64,000 bases of DNA from Eledone cirrhosa (GCA_964016885.1 OZ024740.1:330770001-330834000); one strand, 5' to 3'. Counted from the stretch's first letter, positions 27,237 through 41,093 are shown. Translations and numbers: made by a program. The notes: a model not told the origin generated them from the sequence alone.

Positions 27237-27361
27237 GGAGGTGAGTTTTATTGTAGTACAATAAAGCAATGCAGATATCGGATAAGAAGCACTCTACAGT
27301 TTGTAGGACTGGAGTATACATAATATATAAGATCAAAAGATGGTTAAAGGAGTTCCATGTA

Positions 27362-27431
27362 TTTTATTATGCGCATTTCAAAAACAAACATTTTTTTCAT
27401 GCAATAATATTTGTGTTTTCATCAGATAAAA
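27362..27431 (-). ncRNA. Type-I hammerhead ribozyme
   Basis: Inverted copy of 29512-29578. Confidence 0.75.
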
Positions 27432-27992
27432 CAGGAGAACATGATATGAAGGCTAAAAAACACTTGTGGATAGTGCAGTTTTAAATCAACATATGAAAAG
27501 TGGTTTTAGATTGATGTGTGATATTGGGAAACATATTTTATTTAGAGAGGGGGGGTGGAAAGGATGAAAAAGGGGAGGAGATGAGAGTGAAGGTGGAGAG
27601 GGAGAGATGGGTGATAGAGAGAAAGAGATAGTTTTTATAACTGAGAGAAGGTATATTGTTTTACATAGAGAGGTTGAAAACCGTTGGAAGATAATGTATA
27701 AATTAAAAGAATTTGAAAATTAACGAAGGGAAAAATATGTACGAGGAAAGAGAGGGAGTTGATATGTATGAAGATAGAGAGAAAAAATAATAATTGCGGA
27801 TGAATATTCTAACGTCAAAAGGTGTATGTTTATAAGTATTGTGGCAATTTCAAAATTAACGAAGAGAAAAAATTATTAAGGTTTGTGTGTAGAAGGATTT
27901 GAGAAAAATAATGTGAAGTTAAAGTTTGTATATTGAAGGAATTGATAATATGTGCGAAGAAAGAGTTAATATGTATTAAAAAGTTTGTATTT

Positions 27993-28085
27993 AAAAGATG
28001 AATGATGATTAAATACAAACTTTAAAAGATGAATGATGATTAAATACAAACTTAAGATGAATGATGATTAAATACAAACTTAAAA
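27993..28085. repeat. Three tandem ~29 bp units (aagatgaatgatgattaaatacaaact)
   Basis: Direct reading, at the inversion junction. Confidence 0.85.
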
Positions 28086-29511
28086 GAACCAACACGGCTC
28101 TCTCAGAACTCATATGGTCCTTGAAAGACAAAAACATTAAATATACCATCTTTTGGAAGAAGGTTTCTTCTGCATCTTGAACAGCTCTCTATCTAAAATC
28201 TGTAATCTCTGCCTAAATGAAAAATTTACCATTATCTCTAATCTAGATTCTATAATAAATAGACGTACAGATTTGTTTTCTATCTGCCTGCATAAATTCC
28301 ATAGGACTTTTCACAAAGTATACAGCTAATATTCAATTCTTTATCAATTTAGAATCTTTTCTCAAAGGCACATATACATACACCTCTTTAAAATATACCC
28401 ATCTTCCTACCTTACTTCAAAGGGCATTATACACTCTATAATACTTGTTTACTCATTACCCTCATTCTATCTTCACCTTGTAAAATCCTTCATAACATAT
28501 ACATTTGTTTTTTTGACGTTAGAATATTCATCCGCAATTATTATTATTTTTTTTTTCTCTCTATCATAAAACTTTTTAATCTCAATTTCATCCTTAATTT
28601 ATTATTTTTTTCTCCCCATCAACGAACTCATTCTTAATACATATTAACTCTTTCTTCGCACATATTATCAATTCCTTCAATATACAAACCTTAACTTTAC
28701 ATTATTTTTCTCAAATCATCTAATACACAAACCTTAATAATTTTTTAATACATATTAACTCTTTCTTCGCACATATTATCAATTCCTTCAATATACAAAC
28801 TTTAACCTCACATTATTTTTCTCAAAATCCTTCTACACACAAACCTTAATAATTTTTTCTCTTCGTTAACTTTGAAATTGCCACAATACTTATAAACATA
28901 CACCTTTTGACGTTAGAATATTCATCCGCAATTATTATTTTTTCTCTCTATCTTCATACATATCAACTCCCTCTCTTTCCTCGTACATATTTTTCCCTTC
29001 GTTAATTTTCAAATTCTTTTAATTTATACATTATCTTCCAACGGTTCTCAACCTCTCTATGTAAAACAATATATCTTTTCTCAGTTATAAAAACTATCTC
29101 TTTCTCTCTATCACCCATCTCTCCCTCTCCACCTTCACTCTCATCTCCTCCCCTTTTTTCATCCTTTCCACCCGCCCTTACTAAATAAAATATGTTTTCC
29201 TCGTACATATTTTTCCCCTCGTTAATTTTCAAATTCTTTTAATTTATACATTATCTTCCAACGGTTTTCAACCTCTCTATGTAAAACAATATATCTTCTC
29301 TCAGTTATAAAAACTATCTCTTTCTCTCTATCACCCATCTCTCCCTCTCCACCTTCACTCTCATCTCCTCCCCTTTTTCATCCTTTCCACACCCCCTCTA
29401 AATAAAATATTTTTCCAAATATCACACATCAATCTAAAACCACTTTTCATATGTTGATTTAAAACTGCACTATCCACAAGTGTTTTTTAGCCTTCATATC
29501 ATGTTCTCCTG

Positions 29512-29578
29512 TTTTATCTGATGAAAACACAAATATTATTGCATGATGATGTTTGTTTTTGAAATGCGCATAATAAAA
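29512..29578 (+). ncRNA. Type-I hammerhead ribozyme with extended stem II
   Basis: TTTTAT-CTGATGA-long hairpin-GAAA-TGCGCA-TA-ATAAAA. Confidence 0.85.
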
Positions 29579-29637
29579 TACATGGAACTCCTTTAACCAT
29601 CTTTTGATCTTATATATTATATATATATGTGTGTGAG

Positions 29638-29722
<85 letters not shown>

Positions 29723-29723
29723 A

Positions 29724-30596
29724 TACGAGGTGTGTCAGAAAAGTTCCAGGACTGATGTCACAACAGATTTATTTCAAACCCAAATTTCACACTAAGAGTT
29801 TTCTCCTTCAAAGTAATCCTCCTGGAGTCTAAGGCACGTTTCCATCCTTTTCTGCCACGCTTGCATGCATTCCTGGAAGGATTCTTCCGGGATCCTCCGC
29901 AGTTCTGTCGTTACGGCGTTTTTGATGTTGTCCACGTCTTCAAAGCGGGTCCCCTCCCGGTCATACTCGAAGATCCAAGACTCATCACCGGTGATGACTT
30001 TCTCTAGCAAGTCTGGTTCGGTTTCAAGACGCTCGATGATATCCTGGCACACTTGCATGCGTCGTTCCTTCTGGTTATCGTTCAGCAGTTTTAGCACCAT
30101 CTTCGCGCAGACTTTCCGCTTGGCCAAATCTTCAGTGAGAAATCTTCATGCCCAGCTCATTTGCCATCAGTCGAACAGTCAGCCGACCATCGCTACGCAC
30201 CATCTGCCTGAGGCGCTCAACGTTGACCTCAGTGTTAGTTGTTGAGCGCCTTCCGCTCCTGGGGTCATCTTGCACCTCTCAAAAACACGTGAGCGTGACA
30301 TCGTCTCATCTCCATACACTTGCTGCAGCAATCCCAGTGCTTCTGACGGAGTTTTCCACGATCGTACCAGAAATTTAAAGTTTGTTCCTTGCTCTGTGCT
30401 CATAGCTTGACGACCTGAAACAGAGAACATGTATATAAAATTATGAAGAAAAAAGTTTGATCGCTGCAGAAAGCTAAGATTAAAGTTACATACTTCAGAG
30501 GGATTACTTTAAAGGAGAAAATTCTTAGTGTGAAGTTTGTATTTGAAATAAATAATTTGTGACATCAGTCGTGGAACTTTTCTGATACACCTCGTA
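29724..30596 (-). mobile_element. Internally deleted mariner transposon (Hsmar2-like TIRs)
   Basis: TIRs tacgaggtgtgtcagaaaagttcc / ggaacttttctgatacacctcgta; TA flank; QQVYGDETMSRSRVFE and KVITGDESWIFEYD joined directly to GTRFEDV (catalytic core deleted). Confidence 0.92.
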
Positions 30597-30621
30597 CTCG
30601 TATATATATATATATATAGGC

Positions 30622-30683
<62 letters not shown>

Positions 30684-30709
30684 GAACAGCGTACGTGTAG
30701 GTTTTCTCA

Positions 30710-32235
30710 ACGAGTATAAATTATATTCCGGAGAAAATGTAGAAAAGATGAATATAAAATGAAAGTGCTTTTATAAAGGAATTTATTAGGTATTGACATA
30801 TGTTTCTGTAACAGACGGAATACCTATGTATCGCTGCTTGCCTAATCATATAATGTTAGCAAGTATTCGATAGCAAATGTATAATCAGTTGTCACTTCTT
30901 CAGAGATATTGAATAAATAGGAAAAAATCAGAAAAATTGAAGTATTTATATTAGTTGTAAGAAAGGGAGGAGACAGGGGATAGTATATGACAGGTGGCAA
31001 TTCAATTTGTTGGTAAACAAGTATATAGAAGGTTTTTAATGAGAATACAATGAGTATATGGCTGATCTTATCTAAATAAGAATTTTTAGGAGTGCCTATT
31101 TTAATCTATATTTGACCAATTGAACAATGGACAGGGCTGGTTGTTTGGTGTAGTAGTATTAATACAGATATAAAGTGTTAAGTAAGTAAGAGGGAGATTT
31201 TCACTGCTACTGTATACCAACAATGCTGGTAGCCTGCTGGTATATGCATTAGGGAATTGAATTAAGAAATCTCATTTTATCTATAGAAGTTTATATTAAA
31301 TGGTAAAGAATAGAAGAGTTGATAGAATTAATAGAGAATGTTAATATGTATTTTGACAATCAAACGGAGATGGAGCCAGGCGTTCAATCCTGGTAGCGTT
31401 TGTAATATGAAAATGTAGATTTCAAGCGATGGTTACAGTATAACGATCGCTCTATTCTGTTATTTAATAAAATATTTTTGGATTTCATAATACAAAATAA
31501 TTCCATATAACACAATTTACAAAATTCCTGTCCTTGGAAATATGCAGGGGCAAACACTATTATATCCCATTTTAGGTTAAATTATTGGTTATTTTCGCGC
31601 AGCTGCCAAGCCCTCTCGCCAGTGTTCTTTTAATCGTTCTCCTATACTACGAGCTGTCTCGCCTATGTACACTATATTCTCATCTTTACATTGTCCTTCA
31701 GTACATCTTATGCTATATACTATACTTCTAGTTTTACAGTTAATATGGGGGCTTAGTTTACAGATTATGCCTTTCTTATCTATACAGGGAGGTCTTTGAA
31801 AAGGGTATGTATTACTAATAAGTGTTTTTTGTGGAGGCACCTGGTCTTTCTACTATCTTAACATTTAGTTTAAGTTTATCTAGGGCCCTTCTAAATGTGT
31901 AAGCTAATTCAACTCTAGGGGTTGTATTGATGAACATTACACTCTGGTATTTATTGCTATCATACCATGCTTTTTTCTATTAACCTTATTACTTGTTCTT
32001 ACTATTCTATTCCAAAAGTTGCTCCTATACTAGGGGCAGGTCCCATTTGTATCATTATTTACCATTTTTTCCCATTTGGTTCTGGTTCCTCTATATACTC
32101 TGATTTCATCTCTTTGATTGTAACCAGAGAACTGTATACGGTGGATGAAGTGTTGTATGTGTCTCTCTAGTTCTTTGGGGTTGCACATGCGAGACACCAT
32201 TCTCATCACCCGTACTAAATCCGCAATCAACATAC
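30710..32235 (-). mobile_element. Decayed 5'-truncated PLE (RT thumb plus GIY-YIG) with 3' region
   Basis: QFSGY thumb motif; NCKTRSIVYSIRC...VYIGETARSIGERLKEH. Confidence 0.8.
30791..30909 (-). ncRNA. Type-I hammerhead with long stem II insertion (weak stem I)
   Basis: CTGAAGA-aGTGAC...GTTACa-GAAA-CATATG-TC-aata. Confidence 0.6.
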
Positions 32236-35200
32236 TGAGGAAGCAGAGGGGGATAGAAATTAATCATGAATATGGGGATATGAAGAAGAGAGAAAAGAAA
32301 TAAACAGACAGAGGAATAAACATTACTACGTAAAATAGCTAGTTTGAGATCTATTATACTATAGGGTTAAATAATCGTGATGAAATATGTTTAAGTGGAG
32401 AATACAAAGACAAATGGTGAGAGGTGTATACATATAAGATAATAAATGATGTAAATACAAATAAAAATAAAAATAATAATGTTAATACAAATGTTTTTAA
32501 GTTATTCTTACGTAAATATGAAGTTTGTAATAATTTGATATCGTAATAGGTGCTAAAAGTACAAAAAGGAATAATGAATATAAAATGGAGTTAAGTTGGT
32601 CTAACGTTCAGGAATTTCGTTGCTGATTTATGCCGGCAAAAGATAGTTCGCTCAATTTCGCTGTTAAGAAGGGTTTTACTAAAATTAAGAATTCAGAAGA
32701 TATCCATATTACAGAGCCTACAATGGGACATACCTGTTTGATAGGCTTTAGCAGTTGACAGTATTTTCCAGCTGATCTCATATTTAGTGCCTGCATTTTT
32801 GAGTTGCCATATTTTACTGGCAAGAGTATTTGTATTTGATAGATTACTATTAATCATAGAATGTCTATGCACGTACCACCGTTTTGTGAAAATACCAGCT
32901 CTGGAACCAATGTAGTACCATACCATGCTACCTGAGTTGATACTACACAAGTATACTACGTTTTTTTCAAGGCATCTGTTTAGTAGAGGGAAATTGCCAG
33001 GTAAGTGACAATTGCATAGAAAAGTTTTCCTATTCGCAGGTTCTACTATATGAGTTTGAAGATTGTTGTGTATGGGTTGTGAATTAGGTTTGTTGTTGTA
33101 TTGCGGTGGTGTTCTTTGTCGTATATTTGGTTGCGATGATGTAATATGTGTGTGTTCTGTATTTGGTGATATGGAACCTATATGGGGGCAGCTTTGATTA
33201 TGAATTCTTATGTAGTTAATTTTGTGAATGGGCGATTCTATGTTGTTAGCAGTAGAGTATGATAGTTTTTCTATTAAATATTTTATTATATTTATGTGTT
33301 TTAGGGAAGTGTTTATGAACTAATTTAGAGAAAGTGAGAGGAAGCTTAGTTTTAATAGAGGAGTTAAACACTGGATTAAACCTTAAGTAGTTTCTATTTC
33401 TGTATCTTCTATGTCCGCAAGTGGTATTAGTATTAACATTTCGTATATTTAAATTATGTATATGCTGCCTATTTATGCTTTTAGATCTAGGTTTGTTGAT
33501 ACCATGGTTGTGGGAAGTATCGTTAACATTAAGTGTGTTGTTACTTTTTGTATCAGGTATATATTTGAGTCGTTCTTTATGGCCTGCCTTAAGTCGAGCG
33601 AAGTTGTAGTAGCTAACGTGTTCATTAAACATTTCGTGGTTAGAGGATAGTCGTGAGATTCTAACGGATATACTATACGCTATTGAATTATTTATGGATC
33701 TAGGATGGTTCGAGTTATAGTCAATATAAGCTAAATTTTCATTATGTTTATGGAAGGGTTCTATAATTCCTTAGTTAAGGTTAAACGATACGTCCAAGAA
33801 GTTGACTTTTTGAGTTGGGTTCAAATGTAATACTAAGGCCTAAGCTATTAAAGAATTTTCTAATGTTCTTCCTTAATATTTTTAAGTTTTGGCTATTTAC
33901 AATTCTAGCTAAAAGTAGAGTATCATCTCTATAGATTCCACCTTGTACGTTACCAAATTCCCTATGTAAGAAATATGCTATATAAATTTCAACCAAGTCT
34001 GTGATCTGGGCTGAGTCGTTCGATCCCATAGTAATATCGAAGTTATTTTTTCGCTCCCAGCAGCTGTTCTCGAATTTAATGTTAGTTCGTCTAGCGGCTA
34101 GTATTAATTTAATTTCATCTGCTGAATGATCCGAGTGATTTTGTGCAAAGGATAATGCTTTACTAAGGGTGACTGGAGAGATAGAAGAGTAGTAGTCATT
34201 TATGTCAAATTCTGTAAAGTTGGACGATTCTTTATTGTCTAATGAGTTGAACCAGTCTATTGCTTCGCTTGTGTTACCCCAGAGCTTGATAGTTAGTTGC
34301 TTCTTAATTTGTGATAATATTCTATCTAGTATAAACTTACTAATTCTACCTATATCTGAATTTGAAGGACATATCAATCTAATGGTAAGGTTAGTTGAGA
34401 AGTTACATTTATGATCTTTCAGATTAAAAGTGGGTTCACAAGGTGTAAGCGGCTCAGTTCTGTCTGATATTTTAAGTTTTTATACTATGTTAAGATCTTC
34501 TATGTTAATGATGTTAAGTGTAGACTCTGTAGTTTTCTGTATATTTTATGTAATTTGCGGCGTATAAAATTGGTGTATGTATTAAGGCTCATGGTATATT
34601 CATTAGATATTATATCTGCCTTTACAATGATACCATTAGTGGTACGTAATTTTCTTATAAGTACATTGATGTTGTTCTATAGTTTGTTGTGGTGGGTATG
34701 TTTTTTGAATTTAATTTCCTTTATTATGTTCATGAGATCAAGTTCAAAGGCGTCACGGTGCCTGGTGGGTTTTTGCAGGATTTGAATGCGTATTAATTCG
34801 ATCACTATTATTATGTCCTTTATCGTAATGATATTCTTTTCATCTGATTCTACGGATAAAGTCATTAGTTCTTTCTATCATACCGAGCATTTATTCCTTA
34901 TTTGTAGGTATAGGTATGTTTTTTAGGGACATACCTATATAGTGTTTTTCCATGTTAACGCCGTGCGCAAAAGTTGGTTGATCAACCCGTTGGGAGCTTG
35001 GTATGTAGGATAACAATAAATCGTTAAAGGTAATTCGATAAAAGTCTGTGAAAACTATTTATAATGGATAGTTATTTATTTACAGAGATATTTATTTATA
35101 TTCTTACAATTATCAAACTGGTATGTCCCACTGTATGCTAAGTAACAATGGAGCTCTTCCGAATTCTTAACTTTAGTAAAACCCTTCTTAACAGAAAAAT

Positions 35201-36284
35201 TGAGCGAACTATCTTTTGCCGGCATAAATCAGCAACGAAATTCCTGAACTTTAGACCGACTTAACTCCATTTTATATTCCTTATTCCTTTTTGTACTTTT
35301 AGTACCTATTACGATATCAAATTATTACAAACTTCATAGTTACGTAAGAATAACCTAAAAACATTTGTATTAACATCATTATTTTTATTTTTATTTGTAT
35401 TTACATCATTTATTATCTTATATTTCTACACCTCTCCCCATTGTCTTTGTATTTCTCCACTTAAACATATTTTATCTCAATTATTTAACCCTATAGTATA
35501 ATACATCTAAACTAGCTATTTTACGTAGTAATGTTTATTCGTCCGTCTGTTCACTTTCTCTTCTCTCTTCTTCATATCCTCATATCCAAGATTAATTTCT
35601 ATCCCCCTTCTGCTTCCTCATCCCTCTTAATTTTACTCTATTTCTTCCTCATCTTCCTTACTTATCCTTCCTCTCTGCCTATGCTATATCCCCCTTCTCT
35701 CTTCTATACATATCTTTATTATTATTAATATTATATTTATATTATATTTATTTATTTTCATGTGATATTTTGATTTCGTAAATTTTGCCGGTTATATATT
35801 TAACTATATCTTCGTTCCTCATTTCGTCATTTTCTTTCTCTCTCATTTCCATCTGACCCCCTTCGTTTATTTATTTATTTATTTATTTATCATTAATACT
35901 ATTATTGATGTAGTAATTTGAATTCTCAAGTTTACAGTTACGCATATATTTTATATTTCTTATTTGTCTCTGATGAAATGATGATACTTAGATGTACTGT
36001 AAATTGAGTAATACTGTCTCCAGTGTTTAGCAATTTATAGACATTTGTATCATTGAAACAATTGTAAGACTGTAAATAAATATCCTTGTTTTATACTGAC
36101 AACCATGTTATTATTCACTCATTTATTACTCCAAGATATATTTACATAGGAATACAAGCGAAGTCATAAAGCCGTCACCGAAGTAAACCTCTTGTTGAGT
36201 CACACTGTACCGTACGCTTAAACTGTCCATGATAAATAGTTTTCACAGACTTTCATCGGATTACCTTTGACGATTTATTGTTAT

Positions 36285-36287
<3 letters not shown>
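32236..36287 (-). mobile_element. Decayed Naiad-type PLE (ORF remnant ~32590-34953) plus inverted 3' copy 35154-36287
   Basis: MEKHYIGMSLKNIPIP start; EFDINDYY, TMGSNDS, GIYRDD; CNC linker; YIGSRAG..FTKRWYVH; 35154-35620 is the reverse complement of 32236-32700. Confidence 0.9.
35966..36070 (+). ncRNA. Type-I hammerhead with ~78 nt stem II hairpin
   Basis: GTCT-CTGATGA-aatgatgatac...gtatcatt-GAAA-CAATTG-TA-AGAC. Confidence 0.88.
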
Positions 36288-36346
<59 letters not shown>

Positions 36347-36364
36347 TATGTATATATATATACA

Positions 36365-36406
<42 letters not shown>

Positions 36407-36472
36407 ATACACATACACACATACATACACATATATATACATATATATATATACACATACATATAGACATAC

Positions 36473-36523
<51 letters not shown>

Positions 36524-36604
36524 TACATATATGTATATACACATATACACACACACAGACACACACATATACATACATATACACACACATATATATACAT
36601 ACAC

Positions 36605-36685
<81 letters not shown>

Positions 36686-36720
36686 AATATACACATACAT
36701 GCACATATGCAGGTACATAT
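36288..36720. repeat. Compound (TA)/(CA)/(TACA) microsatellite
   Basis: Direct reading. Confidence 0.95.
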
Positions 36721-36984
36721 GAGCGCACGTACACACAACCATACGCATACAGACGAACGGCTACTCATACTAATAAGTACTCATAAATATATACTCATAA
36801 ATATACGCATATACACAGGCACAAAGATACAGCTCTACACGCAGAAAATGCAGATAGGTGAGAGTTACTTACATGACGATAGTGCCGTGTTTCAGTTCGA
36901 GAAGGGCTAGGGGTGGGGTGGGATGGAGATAGAGGGGGTATTTTGTCTAGTGGGGTTAAAAAAAAGGGGGGGGAATATTTTTTT

Positions 36985-38700
36985 AGACATATGGCATTAA
37001 CACTGGCTTAAGGTATTTGAAAGTTGCAAAGTTTTTGTGCATGCAGTTGGGGCAGTGTTCAGAGAGTGTGTTCAGTAGCGGGCCCTTGGCGAATAATATT
37101 TCGTAGTTCTCTGAGATACAAAGGTCGCAGCACTTGTGTCCTCCGTTTTATGAGCGCGCTTCCTGGAGTATTTTCCATTTAAGCGTGAAAGGGGTTGAGT
37201 TCCTTTTGAGGTCCCAAACATAGGAGGCGAGTGTTGTCCGGTCTCCTGAAGGCGTGGGTATGGGCATATCACCGGGTTCTAAAGTTATTGGAAGTCATGC
37301 CGAATTAAGTCTTTTTTTGTTGCGATCATCGGTGCCTGAGATGACATCACATTTGTATACGATGTCATTTGTCAGGTATATGTTTTCAAGTGGGCAGGCT
37401 TCCTTATTTAGGCAATTTCAGAAGGCCTCAATCCGAGGATTGGGTTCGGAGGTGGTTGACTTATTTAATTTTTTAGAATTGAGATTGGTTATATTCCTAG
37501 CTAGGTTAGGTGTACTGGAGTAGGAGGGTCTTATTGTGTTCTTATTGAAGATGGTGTAGTACCTGTGTTGTATGGGGAAGTGTGTGTTTAGCAAAGTGAG
37601 GAAAATCCTAGTTATAGATGTAGAGACCTCTCTATTAGGTGTACCAGCTAATCTGCTTATGCCTCTTCCTCCTATGCAGTCTTGCGGTGGTTTCTAGGTA
37701 AGTTATCTTTTCTTTAAATCTTCTGCAGGTGAGGGCGTCATTGTAGTAGTAGGCCGAAGCGTTAAATATATCTTCCTCGGCCGAGAGGCTGGAGATTCTA
37801 ATTGAGACGCTTTTTACTAAGTTATCAGTGATGTTTTGGGGATGGTTAGAATTAACATTAATATATCTAAGGGACTCATCAGGTTTATGGTACGGGTAAT
37901 AGAAGGAAGTATCTAGGTCGAGAGTGACATCTAAAAAGTTGGCCCTAGACATATTAGATTCTATAGTTATACAAAATCCTAGATTATGGAAGAGAGAGCT
38001 TAAGTTTCTCCGAAACCCATCGGTGGTTCTGGGATTAACATTTTGCATGGCGAAGAGGCCGTCGTCTCGGTACAAACCTCTGGTGAGGCCAGGTTCTTCA
38101 GGTGATGTAACATGTACAGGCCCACAGGGTCGCTTATTTCAGCCGAGTCACTCGCTCCCATGCTGACGTCAAAGGAAGTCTGAGACATCTTGTTGATCCA
38201 GTAGGATCCCTCGTGGTATAGGAAGTTCTTACGGGCATGGAGGGTAATATCTTGCTCAGCGTCGGTTATGGTGGTAAAATTCCTGGCAAAAGTAAGTGCG
38301 TCCTTCAGGAGGGTCTCTGAGATAGAAGCATAGTAGTTTTCTATGTCGAGTTGCAGGAAGCGAGTGTGGCGTTTGTCAGGTAATTCTTGGAACCAAGATA
38401 TTGCCGCAGATGTTCTGCTACAGAGTGGGAGTGGTGAGGCAACTCACAATGATGGGTGAACTCTATCAAGGATCTTCTTACTGATAGAGCCGATGTCCGA
38501 ACGTGTGGGGTTGACAAGTCTGAGTGATGGTTTGTTGAGGAAGCTTCCCTTGTGGCCCTTCAGGGTAAAGTGCGGGGTTTTTACCCTTAAAGATTCGGTT
38601 CGGTCATGTAATTTAAGGAATTGGCGATCTCTTTTCCGGCCGCATTTCTCTCAGTCAATGAAATCTCTGTTACCTTTTTGTAGGTGGTCGTGATGGCATT
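36985..38700 (-). pseudogene. Decayed Naiad-type PLE, third family
   Basis: QLDIENYY, DVSMGASDS, MYRDDGL, NFLDVTLDL, (TGA)NCLNKEACPL, CDLCISE, CMH; frameshifted. Confidence 0.9.
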
Positions 38701-38834
38701 TTTTGGCAGCTAATTATAAGTGTGCTGGTCTATCTCATAAACGTTTTCTCGTCTATATTAAAACTGTTATACTCTGCTATGTATTGAGAACCTTACTTAC
38801 TGTGGTTACCTCCGATTCAACCCGGAATAAGTTA

Positions 38835-38936
<102 letters not shown>

Positions 38937-38984
38937 TGTGTGTGTGTGTGTTTGTGTGTTTGTATCTGCGTGTGTGTGTGTGTG

Positions 38985-39219
38985 TCTGATGGTAGAATGA
39001 TGCTTCCATAGTCGTTATGCCGGTTGAGCACTCTATGTTCTTACAGAGCAGAGCGGACATCTCGAGACACGATCATTGTGTGGATCTGTCTGATTCTGGA
39101 TCCAAGGGTTCGACGGACACGTCTAATTATTTCGGAGCAAATTCTGAAAGCTGTCCGCCGGCGAAACAATTGTAACACACAATAAATTGAGTTTGAGAGG
39201 CATCACTGATTTTGCGTTT

Positions 39220-39225
<6 letters not shown>
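38985..39225. mobile_element. Non-coding HHR-related repeat family (other copies 42668-42838, 45573-45810, 48662-48830, 49870-50270)
   Basis: Shared ctcgag..gatc..gtggatc..ctgga block and GAAACAATTGTA; internal inversion. Confidence 0.65.
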
Positions 39226-39297
<72 letters not shown>

Positions 39298-39300
<3 letters not shown>

Positions 39301-39613
39301 TGTTTATATAGTATATTTGGCAATATACTGTATGCTTAATTAAAAACATTTTTGAAGACCTTGCCCTATTATTTTAAAGTAGTGTCTATGTCACTTACTT
39401 CCTTTTTCAACAAACAAAGGGAGATAAGCTGACAGATCTGTTTCATACCGTTGGTAATCTTCAGAGATTAGCACTCGCCTTTGCCTGTTGAAAATGATAG
39501 ATTGAAAATGGAAGTAAGTGACATAATCACTACTTTAAAATAATAGCGCAAGGTGTTCAAAATGTTTTTAATTAAGCATACAGGATATTGCCAAATATAC
39601 TATATATACATTC
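39298..39613. mobile_element. Fold-back element (~110 bp arms) with central hammerhead
   Basis: 39298-39410 is the reverse complement of 39503-39613; copy at 45911-46225. Confidence 0.8.
39426..39469 (-). ncRNA. Type-I hammerhead ribozyme (short stem I)
   Basis: CTGAAGA-tTACC aac GGTAt-GAAA-CAGATCTG-TC-ag. Confidence 0.7.
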
Positions 39614-39671
39614 ATGTATACACCGTTATTTCAGAGCGCCAATTCTAATATATATATATATATGTATATAT

Positions 39672-39960
39672 ATCATAATAAGAGTCGATCACTATAAACT
39701 CTATTTGAGAAAATCGGATAAAATAATCCTTCATTCTAAAATTATCTGATGGCCTTGCATGCATGGAATCGAAACACCCGGGGCATGTGCATTAGATTCT
39801 AAGCGATTGAGCCATAGGCAAAATGTTCCACCTATTTTAGAAGAATTTAAGACAATGGTTGGCATACAATTATTGAGGCTAATTCTTCTTTTAGGGTATC
39901 CGCGTTTCACGAACAAGCAAGACAGACTTGGATAGTGTTGCAGATTCAGTTCTCATTGCA
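39672..39960 (-). pseudogene. Short PLE RT-thumb remnant (copy at 46322-46610)
   Basis: LFVKRGYP motif followed by VSIPC..; degraded. Confidence 0.45.
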
Positions 39961-40266
39961 TGGCCATGTTTCTTCTTCACTAAATGATGCTATACGTACA
40001 TATAATGGATGCATTGTATTCATATGCGAGAATATATGCATGCATAAGTAATAAAATTATTATATTTCTAATGTAAATCATGCATTTGTGCAAACCACTG
40101 AATTTTGTGTTGTTCAATTTAGCTCTGTACAAGATTTCTGAGCATAATGATATATAGAATGATTAATCCCAACTGTTTCAATTAATTTCTATCTCATACC
40201 AAACATATGCACACATGCACACAGACACGCATACACACGCGCGCAAATGCATACACACACACACAC

Positions 40267-40310
<44 letters not shown>

Positions 40311-40575
40311 TAAAACATATCTATAGAATCACAAGATAAAATATATACCATTTCCTCTCCCAATTAGCATAATTAACTATATAAAAAATCGAATAGACCA
40401 GGCTATAAGAATGAGGCTTCTATGAAGAAATCTCCAACAAATAACCGAAACTAGTCCTTCGCGTCGGCCGCAACGGAATATTTATCGCATATTTCGACAG
40501 CATAACGCCCAGATACAGTCAATTAGACAGAATTAGGTGTAAAATAACCTAGGAGAAATTAGAATACATTTAAAT

Positions 40576-40662
40576 ACCTCTACCATGGTTTCGTCCGCAT
40601 TTTGAGATTTCCAATAATTATGTAATAATTATGTAACTCGAGCACCGGATTCATCAGGAGAT
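40576..40662 (-). ncRNA. Type-I hammerhead ribozyme
   Basis: ATCTC-CTGATGA-aTCCG...CGGAc-GAAA-CCATGG-TA-GAGGT. Confidence 0.85.
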
Positions 40663-41093
40663 TTGCTCTGATCTAGACACTAAATTTCCCAAAGTGATGG
40701 CGCCAAGAATTCATTCAAAATGGCTAAGAATCGTGACGTAGTAGCGAACAGGTTGGAAGGGGTGTGGTATATGCTTACGGCTAGTGGCTTTTTTCCTAGA
40801 AAGCACAGCACAACACAGCCAAATTTGTATCTCAACCTAATGGGAGATTATTACATATAAAAGTTTACATATATATATACATATATATACATATAAGTGT
40901 TTTGCAACGGGTTCGTTTGTGGCACAATGAAAATTTAATAAATATAATAATCAGAGCTATATATTATAAAACATGTCTATAGAATCACAAGATAAAATAT
41001 ATAGCATTTCCTCTCCCAATTAGCATAATTAACTGTTTTGAATGAATTCTTGGCGCGATCACTTTGGAAAATTTAGTATCTAGATCAGAGCAA

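Larger units (their letters stand above)
27317..29625 (+). mobile_element. Truncated Naiad-type PLE with ~700 bp inverted 3' region
   Basis: 27317-28010 is the reverse complement of much of 28630-29625 (with internal duplications); 28088-28325 encodes TALSELIWSLKDKNIKYTIFWK...CNLCLNEK...CLH. Confidence 0.85.

Noticed and set aside
27993-28085. CRISPR-like short repeats
   Set aside because: Head-to-tail without spacers; eukaryotic context
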